A stretch of DNA of 64,000 bases from Trichosphaerium sp. ATCC 40318 (GCA_038496445.1 JALMLS010000065.1:372001-436000), one strand, 5' to 3'; shown: positions 42,954-56,019, counted from the first letter of the stretch. Program-made: numbers and translations. The notes: generated by a model from the sequence alone, not told the origin.

Positions 42954-44370
42954 CTACGATGGCTTCCGCTTTGACATTTTCACGTTCACACCTTTCAATT
43001 CTGTAATAACTTTGTCTGATATTGAAGTGCAGCTAAGATCAAGTGTATGTACACCTGTAAGTGCTTTTACACCCTCATCTGTTACATTGGGACAATGAGC
43101 AAGGGAAATAGTGTGCACATCTTTAAGTGCTTTGATACCTTCATCTGATACTGAAGTACCTCCAAGATCAATTTTATGTACACCTTTTAGTGCCTTGATA
43201 CCCTCATCTGTCACATTTCTACAATCACAAAGACTGATAGTATGGACATTGGCGAGATATTTGAGGCATACATCTGTCACTGAAGTATCGCTCATGTCGA
43301 TAGTGTGGACATTTTTAAGTGCCTTAACTCCTTCATCTGTAAAGTCTTCACAACCTACAATACCAATATCATGGACATCTCTGAGAGCTTTGAGACTCTT
43401 ATCTGTGATGGAGGTGTAGCCAAGTTCAATTTTATGTACACCCTTGAGTGCTGTTATGCCTTCATCTGTCACGCTATCACAACCAATAAGGGCAATTTTA
43501 TGTACACCTTTCAATGCTTTGAGACCTTCGTCTGTCACAGAAGTGAATGAAAGACGAATGGTGTGAACACCTTTCAATGCTTTGATGCCTTCATCACTAA
43601 TTCCAGCACAAAAAGACAGATTAATGTCACAAACTCCAGCAAGTGATTTAATACCTTCATCAGTCACTTTTTTACAACTACGGAGGTCAATGGTATGTAC
43701 TCCAGCAAGTGCTTCAAGGTCATGATCATTGATTATACTCCCATAAGGCACTATGATCTTACGACATCCAACCAACATTGAATGTAATGTATTTTGTGTC
43801 ATACCACGTCGTAATCCAATTGAAGTATTGTTCATAACACCCTTGTACTGTTGTATCTTTAATATATCTTGAACACTGTGTAAATAAGCGTACTGATAAC
43901 CAACAACATCATGAATGATATCAGCCATCAAACAACAAGTTTGAGCAATACTGAATCTATCTGGTACATATGAAATGATACTCGAAATAATCTCTGGTGG
44001 AAAGTCAAGAATATGAGCTTCTTTCTCTGTCACCACGTGATTATTTTTTCTGGTTTAAATTAAGTAAATAAACGGAATAAAATGTGTTGGTAGCTCTTCA
44101 GACGTACTTCTTTGTTTGTTTGTGTTTTGGTAAAATAACGCCCTCAGAATGCTTTGTGCGTTGATCTTGTATGTTTATGTCGCTATTTGCATGTTTAAAC
44201 AGAACATGATCCAATTGTTGTACTAAACGCGTATTTGATGCATTTAAAACCTTATCGAGCTGTTTTATTAATATCTCGTGATTATTCGCTGTAATTGTAT
44301 TGAAAACCTCTGAATGGTTACTGCGATAATATGTCAGCACTTGATCTATCGAAACGCCCAAAAAACTCAT
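42954..44370 (-). CDS. N-terminal helical domain + F-box + LRR protein copy D (intact, 1 intron, 11 LRR units)
   Basis: ORF 44098-44370 is exon 1, spliced in frame (gtacgt..ccag) to ORF 42954-44036. F-box ILDFPPEIISSII precedes largely alternating 22-aa Cys and 21-aa Thr LRR units. Confidence 0.9.
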
Positions 44371-44687
44371 TGTTGTTGCACCGTTGAAACTTGTATTCTT
44401 TCTGAAAGAGTTTTACCAGGCAAACACGTGATATTCACCGCCTAGAAAACTCAAAATTTTAAAACGGGGTATCTAAAGAGGAAGAGAAGTATTGTCAGAA
44501 TGAAATACCAAACTTCGTAAATGATGATGGAGTATCGTTTTGTGGTGTATACCAAGCTGATGGTATTGTACCTGCGACAATATATCAGGATCTCAGACGG
44601 GGTGAGAAAACTGATGAATCCAAAAAGAGTAATCGTTTCTCAATACAGCAATCAATGTGGTCCATACCTGCATGATAACTCTTTTTT

Positions 44688-47600
44688 TTAGTTGTCACTA
44701 TCAGTTACAATAAATGGTTGTACAGAAAATGATAAATGATCATGTAGCTCAGCTTTATGTCCATCATCATACTCAACAATAAGTTTAGAACCAACATTTT
44801 GACGACTTATTGTGATACTAGCAAACACAGTAAACAAGCAATAGATGAAATGAAGAAAACAATAAGAATGATTACACAATAACATACTTTTTAGTGTCAT
44901 AGGAAATATCGAGAATGTTGTCAAGGTAGTGGAGCTACAACCCTTGTTAGAACAATAACAAAAAAAAGTTTGGTAAATCGTACACCACGTAAAGTTACTA
45001 CAGTCACCTGACCTGGTGGTAGTATAGGATTCATAGAAAAGTTTGTTGGATTCAAATCAAATCCTGCATAACCAAATACAATGTTCTGTAGGAACCCTCC
45101 TTTGTAGGTTGTTAAAAAGTTGGAATAAAAGAAGAATACAAAGCCAAAGTATGAATACCTGCGCCAGTAATAAAGTGGTAGTTTCCTCCTACTATGCGTT
45201 CTTGCCACACATTAAAAGGTGGTTTGATATGCTATAATACATAAGTGCGAGCTTCAGTCCAACAAACATATAAAAGAAAAAAGAAGAAGCTCTATCACTA
45301 ACCGGAAAGCTCAAGTCATAGAACTGTAATGCTTCCTTGTATAATCCAAGTCTTAAGTTTGCAATAGAATACGTTGCGTCTCCTGTAAACATACCATTCT
45401 AAAATTAATAAGAGCGAATTGTCAACAGAGAATGGAACGTGCATTTTGGGTAACATTTTGGTAGTACTTGATATCATTAGTTGCTACCTCCTTTGTCATT
45501 TGGTATCTCAATGGATATTGAAGCAAAACAACATCAGCTATTATAAAACCATAAACTCACTGCAATTAATGTATCGCAATAATATGGTACCTTGGTTAAT
45601 GGTGTGTCCGTTGTAGCCATCGTATTGAAGATGAATTTGGTTTTTTGAATCAAAAGGTATTTTAACATTTTTGGCAACAATTAGCCATTGAGGATTTTCT
45701 TGTTTCCCTAATATCTTAGCTGCATATGAAGCGAACTCAAGAGATCTTGAGGCAACCACATTTGTGTAAATTGAGTTATTAACATGTGTTGAAGACTCAT
45801 CTTTTCTTAAAAGTTAGCTTGAAAACAAGTTTAGACTGAAGACAACTTGACTTCGTACCAGGACATTGAACGTCATTGATATTATAAACACCGTCTTTTA
45901 ATATAGCACGTGAATTCCAAAACTCGGCTATTTGGTATAAAACAGGCCATGCTGTAGTCCTGAGCCATGTTAAGTCTTTTGTAGCGTAGTAATATTGAAT
46001 AAATGCAAACGCTATGTCTCCTATTCTTAAACTGTTACTATCTTCGTCCACACTCTTGTACTAGCCTGTAATATGTATCTCTTCTATTCCTTCAATGTTT
46101 ATTGGAGCGCAGCATGTACATTCATAGCCTGTGAAGGCACTCTCCCTTTGTTTTTGTTTTAGTAAAATTTTCTTTTTGTAAGAAAAAAAGAAGAATAAAC
46201 GTTTACCATGGAAAAGATGCGCCTTTGTGTCCTGACCATAATGCTTTTTTCATAGCTTCTTCTAATCTTAAGAATCTATACTCAAGCATGCTTTTTGCTA
46301 TATCTGGAAAAAACAACAGTAATGTAGGGTACATCCCTAGAAAACATAAGCTAAAAAAAATATGGAGTTTCGAAATTAGAAGATTATTGGTGTTGCTCAC
46401 TTACATGTTTCGCTATCCCAGAAAGTATGCCCATGGTACGCATTATTTGCTATTCCTCCAGGAGAAGTTGAGTATGGCCAGTCAGGGCGCATGTTACTTA
46501 CGATATCATACAAACTACGTAAAGTGTTTAAGGCTATATAGTAGAGAAAAAAAACCCTCCACTCGTACCTGCTATTAATAGCTGCAGCAAGAGTTAAGTT
46601 TCCTTCAATATCAATGCCTCGAGACCACACAATCTTCATTGTTTCTATATGCCTAAAAAGGTTATTAATCTCCATTGAATTGATTGAAACGTGGACATAC
46701 TCTTTCTGTAGGATAGTTCTTTTTGACCAAAGTTCTGCATATAACTTTCGACAATCGTCCTCAGGTTGTTTACTATCCAACGTGGAATAGTATACAGCAA
46801 TAAAATAAAATGTAGTGGTAGACATTTTGTCTATTTGTATCGTAGAAGGAACTGTTGTAGAAACAGAAGCAACGGTTGTTAGATGAGAATCCTAGTGTAA
46901 CTTATTAATATCACAAAATACTTTGATGAAGCCTAACCTTTGTTTCTGGGACTTTTGTTGTTCCAACCCATATCACAGTGTCTTCCTATTAACATCATTA
47001 TACGATATCTAACCCTTACACATATTGCACACGCACAGATTTCTTTGATGAGAAGGTGAAATCTGATGTAAAGTCTTGTGTTAAATTCAAAGCCAGAATC
47101 ATAGTATTCGTGCTATTATTAATAACCTAAACCCCTCAGCTTTTTCGTTCTGATGGATATCACCTGACCTCTATCTCAGCAACAATAGCGTTTCTATATC
47201 GCCTATGAGCATACCATCGCTGTTCGATATGGTAGAGATCAGAGTGCATTCTACGGTAGAAGATTCCACGCTCTAGATCTAAAGCACTTCCTTCTGACAC
47301 CAAATCATTTTGTATTTCAATTGAAAAAGGCGCTGGAATATCAGCACGATGGGATAATCCGGTTACAGAGTTATTTGCACCATTAAATACGCCTGCCAAG
47401 TGAAGGGTGCCTTACGCAAAGATTCGCTTGTAAAAAAAAGCGAAATTCAAAAACTTTTCGTTGTACCTGTCGTAACCACGTGCCCGATGTAGCCATTAGA
47501 TGTTATTGGCATAAGATGCCTGTCTAACGGTTCTTTCAATCCGTATAGCATTTTACCAGCGTTAACCCTTTCCAACCAATCCCTTGGAATAGCTGTAACA

Positions 47601-47701
47601 AATTCTATTCTAGTATTACGGAATAAACTGAAAATGTGGTTAAATTATAACGCACGTGTATACACTAAAAGCAAAAAAACTACTACACTGACTTGTTTCA
47701 T
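44688..47701 (-). CDS. Secreted glycoside hydrolase family 65 (PGGHG/acid trehalase-like)
   Basis: Signal peptide, YHGHTFWDSET, GASFPWES, IHITGDIA, VNNSIYTN and GGFLQNIVFGYAG. Confidence 0.9.
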
Positions 47702-48017
47702 GTTTGAACAAAAAGGGTGGCGTGGCAGGAACTTACCAGGATAACAAGAAGAGTCAAATATTGTCAAGTTTCGTTCTTTCGAAGAAGGTCATATAGACAT
47801 TATTGTTTGCTAACTTAACCATTGTCAACATATTACAAATACAGGTGTACTTGGTTGTGCAAATAAAGGAGTACAAATGGAGAGAAAATACTTAAGACTT
47901 TGTTTGTAATAATTATGGACAAGTGAATTTAGTTGTTGTGTAAAATGTACACAATTGTCTACCAAAAATACTTACATAATGTCAACTGTCGTCCTGCCAT
48001 GGACAATCTAGTTGACT

Positions 48018-48642
48018 TCATACTAGTCCTGGGGTTCGCCTTGCACGCTTCTTTAAAGGGCTAAACCTAATTGTCCCACATAAGTTAAAAAAAAAAAGTT
48101 CTTTCTGCTTACTTAAGACTGGATCTACTTGCTCGACGTTTCTTTGGGGCTACCACACCCAAGTACTCAATAAGCGCACCAAAATCGCTGTCTGTGCGCT
48201 TGTGTGCTGTTACTGTTGATAAATCAAGGCAACCCTTCAATGAAGAAGCACGTAGAGAGCCTATCTAACGGTTAAAACTAACGAAACAGTTTTTTTGCAA
48301 AGACTCACTTAGAATTACACTGAAATGCTTCGGGTCCATGTCCAAAAATACACGACCTTGCTTGTCCATTGTCTGTTTGTCTTCCCAACGCCCATTGAAC
48401 ATTATTTCGAGCATAGATCCTTTAATAAAGCATAACGTGCGTCTAGTCGTTGACATCAGTTTCCCGCCAACGTTTAACTCGATAATATCCTCTTCTGCGG
48501 CTTTACCAGCCATAATTAGCTTTTCTTCCTTGAGTTTCTGTTCTGCTTCTTCTACATCTTTCTCGCGCTTCTTTAAGTCCTTTTGTTGTTTCTCTACCGC
48601 TTGAGTGTATGTTTCGTGAAGCTCATCAAGAGAAGATTCCAT
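48018..48642 (-). CDS. Coiled-coil + BTB/POZ (KCTD/T1-type) protein
   Basis: IIELNVGGKLMSTTRRTL..SMLEIMFNGRW..GRVFLDMDPKHFSVIL; two introns and a basic tail. Confidence 0.88.
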
Positions 48643-48909
48643 TTGTAACTGATTTTTGTAAAATTAGGGCTTGTTGGCTTAAAGCCACATGATAATCATC
48701 TCTACGGGTAGAAGTGATGAATCACTATATTTATTATACTGTTCGTGCCGTTACAAACACGTGTTCACCTGAAAGTAATTCCGTGAAACTCGACTAAGGG
48801 GTTGGATACAATTTTGTTTTTTGGTTTTTATTTTACAAGTTTTATTTAAAAAACACTACAGTCTATAGCTACTGTTGATTTAAAAAAAAGAAAGAGAAGT
48901 GTCGCAATT

Positions 48910-50956
48910 CTACCGCTTACTATAATTTACAATGTCCTGGGTTGTAAGCATTTTCACCTATTGATAAAAACATGAGATTAAAAAATTAAAAAAATGTGAT
49001 CTGAATCATACCCTTTTCTTTATTGGTGAGTACTCTGAGGACGGTTCTGAAGCTTTAGGCATATTATTCAATCCTCCAACACCAGCTACAACATCTCCTG
49101 TCTTCATTGCAGCCTCCAATTGAGCCTGGAACAATGTATCGCTGTCCTAGATGAAGGGTTAAACAATTACACAAGCACAAAAAAAGCAATACAAGACATA
49201 CAACGTGATCCTCTTTGCGTTCTCTTCTTAGCAGCAGTGTTGAAGCTTTAGTTGGTCTAGGCTGTATTCTAGGTCGTGAAGTTCTTAATTTTGGCATAAC
49301 ACGCTTAGGCGTTGTGGTCCTTTGTCTCCTTGATTCAACAGGTTTTCGTTGTCTTGTTGGTGTCCTTGTTTTTTCTTTCTGTTGACCTACTCTACTAGTT
49401 GTAGGTCTAGGCTTTTTTGAAGAAACCGAAGGCTTTACTGCTCTAAGAGTAGGCCTGGATGGTTTACGGACCAAGCCCGTGCGCATAGTAGGAGTCTGAG
49501 TGGTACGTTTTCGTATAGCTGTGCGTTGTGTTGATGGACTTGTAGTTGGTCTAGCTTTGAGCTGACGTCTTTTTGTAGTTGGTGTACTAGATGTATTACG
49601 TGGTTTGATTTGTGATACACCTGCTCTTCTTGGTTTCTGAAGGCGGGATGGTCTGTGGTTCGTTTTTTCTTCATCTGCTTCTTGACCAGGGAAAAAAGCG
49701 TCTGTGTGAAGATTTCTTGACAAGTTCAGAGGAATTGTTGATAAAGGTCCACGCTCTTTTGCCAATGCGTTTCTGGCACGTTCAACTGAATCAGTGAGCA
49801 TCATTGCAGGTGACTATTTTCAAGTGTTAGGCTCAGTGTGGCAACAGAAAAAAGAATTAAAAGAATTTGAAAAATATAGCCTTTTAAGTTACGTACAGCA
49901 GACCATTTTGATATCTTTGGTGACGGTGCTGTTAATTTTGAAGGTGTCTTCGATCTTGCTTTATAAATAGGATAAGTACTTGAAATACAAATAGATGTAG
50001 GGTTGTCAAGATTACCAAAATGATGAAATAAGAATAAAATAGGAAAAACAAGGTAAAAAAATCTACTTTCTTACGTCTTGGTTTGGAGCCAGAACTCATC
50101 ACATTAGGCGCTGTATTTTGTAGTTTTCGGCGTTTAACGTTTTTAGAAAATATCTGTTGCAAAGGAGTCTTTGATCCGTCAGTTGTGTTTGCACGTTTGC
50201 TAGTAGGAAGTAAGGAACACAAAAAACTAATATTTCTAGTAAAAAGTTATTACCGTTTACGACTTGGAGTAACTATAGACTCAGTGGCGGGCTTAGGGGC
50301 CACTGGTTGATTCAAAGTGTGATTTGTTTGTACTTTTATCTTGGGAGATGGTTTAGAGTGCTTGCGCGGTGGTGTACGGCTAGCTGAATAAAAGTTAGAT
50401 CCAATAGAGGAATAACACTGAATTGCAGTAATCTGGAAGAGTAGAACTTGGTTGGATCAAAGCAATTGAGTAACGTACGCATTGGCGGTTGCAGAATTTG
50501 TTGAATCCGTTTGTTCTTTAAGGATGGGCTACTGGGTTGTGTCAAAGGTATTTCGCAGTGTAATGTTTGCGTACGGTGTAGTTTGTAGTAATTCAGGTTG
50601 GTCAAACGGCCCATCGGGTAATTCGTCATCAAGTATACTGAATGAGGTCTACAAACGCGTCAGTTCTTTTTTTTTCGCCATTTGACGCGTACAGAATTGG
50701 TCTGGTGCCAATCTATGCCAGGAACACTCTCATTGGATACAATAGACAGCCTGGAGTCTATAACACGCATAAGGGGATGTTTGTAAAACCGTTTACTTTC
50801 GCCCGCCAACAAGATTCAAATACATAATTATTCAAACGTACCATCCTTTTCTAACCCAGGTGACGATGCTAAGAACGAAAATGAATCGTCTTGTGCCTCA
50901 CCACTGCCATCCCACTCAAAAGTATCTAAATCTACAAGATCATTCAACGTGAGCAT
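48910..50956 (-). CDS. Low-complexity protein with acidic N-terminus and R/K/T/P/S-rich C-terminus (possibly microtubule-binding)
   Basis: Spliced model from MLTLNDLVDLDTFEWD through ORF 49064-49804 to VKMLTTQDIVNYSKR-stop. Function is inferred from composition only. Confidence 0.6.
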
Positions 50957-51187
50957 CTGTTGGCGTGAACTTTGCAGCAACGGCTAGTTGCTTTGCGCTT
51001 GTTTGACTTTTATTGAAATTGATCCATTGCGCCTTAAAGACTTGCATAGCACTCAGAACCAACGCCAATAGTATCTGAATACACTTTGGTGTTACTAAAC
51101 CAAAACCAGGTTGAATTCCATTGACAAGTCCAAAAAACAATCATTTACGCCGTAAGTAAGAATAGACGCACGGGTTCTTCTTTAATA

Positions 51188-53956
51188 ATGGTACGTTACG
51201 TTAATTTTGGCTTGTGATTGCTTTTGCCGAAAGATAACCTAACAGTGTCTGGTAGACTGAACAAAACACTACGAAAACTAAGGACACAGAATTAGAGAGC
51301 GGTATTCTAAATGAACTGCTTAGTGCTCAGGGTGACGGTAACGTTGATTGGTACATACTGAGTCCTTTGAAGAGGTTTGTTTACGCTGTACATAGGGTTA
51401 ACTGCAGCCAGCTTGAAAAAAGGCTATCTGAAAAGCTAGATAGTGGTGTGGACGTAGCCAAGTTTGTTAAAGAGCGTCCTGAGCTATTTAATGTAAAATC
51501 TGAAGGCGAAGACAACTTTTTTGTGAGTGCAAAATCCTCAAACACCAGCTCGCCGCGTAGTAGGCAGTCACCTGCGCGACAGAACCGATCAAAAAATACT
51601 CAAAGACAAAAAGGTAATAAACATGGAGAATCTCAGTGTTACGACTCACACTATTGTATCTCGGAGCGTAAAAAGTCCATACTAGCGTTATCAGCTTCCC
51701 ACTTACCTTTTTTTGTACAGCAACAAATGGTAGTTCCGACGGAAGACCAAACCCGCACAAAGGAGGAGACAAGAGATACGAGAACAATAACGACAATACT
51801 CGCTCCCAGAGAAATAATCGCAACAAAAAGCGAAAACAACAAAAACCTGACTACCAAACGCACTTGAAAGACTTTATTGACTGTCCCCTGTTTGACGCAA
51901 ACGCAAGGGATAACAGTGGACCTGCATTCCGCGGGTTAAAGGGCTATGGGACGCTAGGTAAGGATTTGTTCTTCGCTTGTTTTTTGACTTTGACATTTCG
52001 GACTTTGAAGAATAATTTTTTTTTCGCGTCCTTTTGCCTATTAATGCGTTTTTACCTCATTAACCATTAAAACTATATTTATTACACAATTTTAAATGGT
52101 TTGTACGTTGTTTCCTAGTTTCTAAAGCGCAGAAAATTCGCAAACTTTTTTTGGTGACGTAATTAAAAAAAATGATGTGGGCTTTTTTGGTGTTTTTTCT
52201 GACCTTGTTTAGGTTTCTTAAGAAAATGGCAGGATGATACTAGTATATCTGAACAACGTGCTCTTCCTGCGATATATCTCAATACACAAAATCCATTCTT
52301 AGTTTTATCTGTGGGATCTTCTGGTAGTGGCAAGACACATACTACAAATACAGTAGTAGAAAATTGCATGTTACAACATCAATTTATTCAATGTAAATCT
52401 TCAATGACAGCTTTATCATTTTTTTACTCTAAAGATACCAGACGTATAGCAGAGGTTGTTTCTGTTGCGTCAAGAGTACGTGTTGATGATTTTTTGGAGT
52501 TTTTTTGTATTTTTTTTAAATCTTTTTTGTTTATTAATTGCTAGGCTCCTTCTATCAAGGGAAATGCGACTGTAAAGAATATTATCGTGCTTGTACCTTA
52601 TAGTATGTATAAACAAAGAAAAGCAGCTTACAAGAGTATTCCAAACACACGTGTTCATCCGCTTCTTTTTGACTTGAAAGATGTACGTTTTTGTTTTTTT
52701 TTTTTCTTCGGTTTTCTAACATGTTATTACAGCTTCCAATCGACTTTCTATGTCGCCTGTTTACATCAGGAAATGTAGATCAATTCACTCGCAAGATTCT
52801 TACACACTTTCTATCTGATCTGTTCAGTTCTGGTCGGGTGACACTTGAGTCATTGAAGAAAGGAGTAGATTCACTTGTAGTTGACATGTTGAAACAAGGC
52901 GCAAATCCAGGGTTCAAGTATGTATCTGCTTCCACTCACACCTTCCTTACAAATTGGTTTTAGAGCTGTTTTAGATGATCGTATGAAATCATTAATGGAC
53001 TTGCTGTACACTAAAGACAAAGAAGTTAGAGGCGCTCTCTTTGACTCTTACTTTGAAGTACTAGCTTTTTTGTCTTCAAGAAAAAATTTGTGCTCAATGT
53101 TATTTTTCTAGGCGGGTTCTTTGGTTGTAGTAGATTTGACAAGCCCATTCCAAACTCGTTCAAGTGTCAATACTGTTTATGGCATCGTTCTAGATTATTT
53201 TGCTAACGTGAAATCGGTATGTTAAAAAAAAGGCGTTGGGGTTTTTTTTTTACTCATTTTTGATGTAATCAAAGTCTTTGTTTGTTGTACCTGCTCGTTA
53301 AAGATTTGTATAGGATGCGCGCAAGCTGTTTGTACTCGATGATTTTGATCAAGTTGTTATACGTGGAGGCGATCTTGAAGGGCGTATCACAGACATTATA
53401 ATGAATAAGAATAAGGTACTTAATTTTTTTATTCAAAAGGTTTCAACATTTTTACATTGATACTGTCTCTTTTGGTCTTTTATTTGATTAAATACTCTTC
53501 TGTTGTCTCTAACATACTGTTTCTTTAGTATAATATAAGTATGGCTTTATCATCTTCAGATCCAACACGCTTCAATACAAATCACTATGCACATAGTTCT
53601 GTTGTTGTTTTACATCACTTATTTTCAAGCCAATACTGGAATCATATCTCTAAATCTATTCATGTGCCAACACGAGATACGTTTGATATAATAAGGAAGC
53701 TTCCTAGAGGAAACGCCCTTGTATTTTCTTCCAAGTACGTTAAGGACATTTATGCATAACTATCACTAAATGGGAGACGTTTTTTGTTTGTCAAGATTTT
53801 TTTGTTGTTGACTTTCCACCGTCTTTTTGAAGTTTGCTTTGGTTTATTTATGGTTGTTTTAGGGCTCGTGTGAACACTAAGGAGCCTGGTAAAATTACAC
53901 ATGAACTTTTCCATGTCACTATACGGTTACGATTGACCGGGGCTGCACAACGTTAA
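51188..53956 (+). CDS. P-loop NTPase-fold protein (HerA/FtsK-like) with N-terminal small domain and basic linker
   Basis: YLNTQNPFLVLSVGSSGSGKTHT (Walker A), GSLVVVDLTSPF, KLFVLDDFD (Walker B position) and KLPRGNALVF. Confidence 0.75.
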
Positions 53957-54087
53957 TATTGAAAAAACCTAATAAATAAATTTTTTTGGCAAACTTTTCT
54001 TTCAGTTATGTGGCCATGTATGATCATAACATCCAAACTAAGAAACAGTGTAAACAAGAGAGTTTGGGACTCATGCCTTGGCTCTAA

Positions 54088-54197
54088 CGAAGAAGGGTGT
54101 TTCTGAATGACTACTAACACTTTTGTAACTGTGATAATACACCTGGTTGCGAAAACCAAAAGTATTAATACCCGTCATTCAGAAACACCCTTCATCG
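54088..54197. repeat. Long fold-back hairpin (20-bp perfect inverted repeat)
   Basis: gaagggtgtttctgaatgac (54092-54111) and gtcattcagaaacacccttc (54174-54193), with further imperfect pairing inside and outside. Confidence 0.9.
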
Positions 54198-54377
54198 GAC
54201 CCCTACCGTTGCAAGTTTTTGATGTCGGAGCAATGTGATAAATGGCGTTAAATTACCTGCACAGGTACCTTCAGCTAGAGCTCTTAGAAAACCGAGTTTC
54301 GACATAATTCGGGTATGGCGACTTAGCCTGTTAGCCTTAAGAAACACCTCACTTTACGTAACCGGTAATTGTAATAT

Positions 54378-54383
54378 CACGTG
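54378..54383. promoter_or_regulatory. CACGTG E-box about 50 bp upstream of F-box/LRR start (also at 29760 and 44425)
   Basis: Same motif at a similar distance upstream of copies A, B and D. Confidence 0.45.
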
Positions 54384-54429
54384 TTTTTACAGCTAATTAA
54401 GTATTACAACTTTAAACAAAGACGATATT

Positions 54430-56019
54430 ATGCTTTCTACCTCAAAGTGTGGTATAATCAACAGTACCTCCCATACAAGTTTACTGCAGCTACCGGCAGA
54501 GATAATAGCGCTCATCCTGCGTCAAACGACCTATTCACGCTTTTCAGCTTGTCAAACCTGTCGTTTACTTGCTTCTATTGTTCACGACATTATTGGATAC
54601 CATGCTATTATGATTAAAACGTTAGCTCAAGCAAAATCAGCTGTAAAACATGCCGGTATTCTGAAATACACAAAAATCACGCTAGGATGGAGTGTTGATG
54701 ACAACATTACCAAACAATTTGCGGGAGCTCACACTATTGACCTTGAGAATGCTCGGATAACAGATGAAAGTGTCAAAGCACTTGCTGGAGTTCATACTAT
54801 TAACCTTAGTTACACTTCAGTAACTGATGAAGGTGTCAAAGCACTTGCTGGAGTTCACACTATTTACCTTAGTTACACTTCAGTAACTGATGAAGGAGTC
54901 AAAGCATTTTCTGGAGCTCATACCATTAACCTTAGGCACACTTCCGTAACTGATGAAGGAGTCAAAGCGCTTACTGGCGTTCATACTATTAACCTTAGTA
55001 ACACTTACGTAACTGATGAAGGTGTCAAAGCACTTGCTGGAGCTCACACTATTGACCTAAGTAACACTTCAGTAACTGATGAAGGAGTCAAAGCACTTTC
55101 TGGAGCTCATACTATTAACCTAAGGCAAACTTCAGTAACTGATGAAGGTGTTAAAGCACTTGCTGGAGCGCACACTATTGACCTTAGTAACGCTTCAGTA
55201 ACTGATGAAGGTGTCAAACCACTTTCTGGAGCTCATACTATTGACCTTAAGCACACTGCAGTAACTGATGAAGGTGTTAAATCACTTGCTGGAGCGCATA
55301 CTATTGACCTAAGTTACACTTCAGTAACTGATGAGGGAGTCAAAGCACTTGCTGGAGTTCACACTATTTACCTTAGTTACACTTCAGTAACTGACGAAGG
55401 AGTCAAAGCACTTGCTGGAGTTCATACTATTGACCTTAAGCACACTGCAGTAACTGATGAAGGTGTTAAATCACTTGCTGGAGCGCATACTATTGACCTG
55501 ACTTACACTTCAGTAACAGATGAGGGTGTCAAAGCACTTTCTGGAGCTCATACTATTAAGCTTGCTAAAACTAACGTGACAGATGAAGGGTTCAAAGCAC
55601 TTTCTGGAGCTCACACTGTTGACCTTAGTTACACTTCAGTAACTGATGAAGGAGTCAAAGCACTTGCTGGAGTTCATACTATTAACCTTAGTAACACTTC
55701 AGTAACTGACGAAGGAGTCAAAGCACTTGCTGTAGCTCACACTATTGACCTAAGTTACACTTCAGTAACTGATGAGGGAGTCAAAGCACTTGCTGGAGTT
55801 CACACTATTTACCTTAGTGACACTTCAGTAACTGATGAGGGTGTCAAAGCACTTGCTGGAGCTCACACTATTGGCCTTAGTAAAACTTCGGTAACAGATG
55901 AGGGTGTCAAAGCACTTGCTGGAGCACATTCTATCTACGCTTATGAAACTTCAGTATCTGAATCCCTCGCTGGTATTGAAGGGGTTAGAATGTTAATAGG
56001 GACTAACGTGTATATGTAA
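54430..56019 (+). CDS. F-box + LRR protein copy B (intact, intronless, 19 x 21-aa LRR + cap)
   Basis: 529-aa ORF with F-box LLQLPAEIIALIL..CRLL and 63-bp tandem units. Confidence 0.93.
   Translation: MLSTSKCGIINSTSHTSLLQLPAEIIALILRQTTYSRFSACQTCRLLASIVHDIIGYHAIMIKTLAQAKSAVKHAGILKYTKITLGWSVDDNITKQFAGAHTIDLENARITDESVKALAGVHTINLSYTSVTDEGVKALAGVHTIYLSYTSVTDEGVKAFSGAHTINLRHTSVTDEGVKALTGVHTINLSNTYVTDEGVKALAGAHTIDLSNTSVTDEGVKALSGAHTINLRQTSVTDEGVKALAGAHTIDLSNASVTDEGVKPLSGAHTIDLKHTAVTDEGVKSLAGAHTIDLSYTSVTDEGVKALAGVHTIYLSYTSVTDEGVKALAGVHTIDLKHTAVTDEGVKSLAGAHTIDLTYTSVTDEGVKALSGAHTIKLAKTNVTDEGFKALSGAHTVDLSYTSVTDEGVKALAGVHTINLSNTSVTDEGVKALAVAHTIDLSYTSVTDEGVKALAGVHTIYLSDTSVTDEGVKALAGAHTIGLSKTSVTDEGVKALAGAHSIYAYETSVSESLAGIEGVRMLIGTNVYM

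Noticed and set aside
44521-44614. C/D box snoRNA (ATGATGA..CTGA)
   Set aside because: No terminal stem and no guide complementarity to rRNA that I could recognise.
47730-47900. ACTTACCAGG as a U1 snRNA 5' end
   Set aside because: No U1-70K or U1A loop and no Sm site follows; it is more simply a chance or minus-strand GTAAGT.
54724-55920. 63-bp tandem arrays as CRISPR or non-coding satellite
   Set aside because: They are in-frame LRR coding units with no repeat-spacer structure and no cas genes, in a eukaryotic context.
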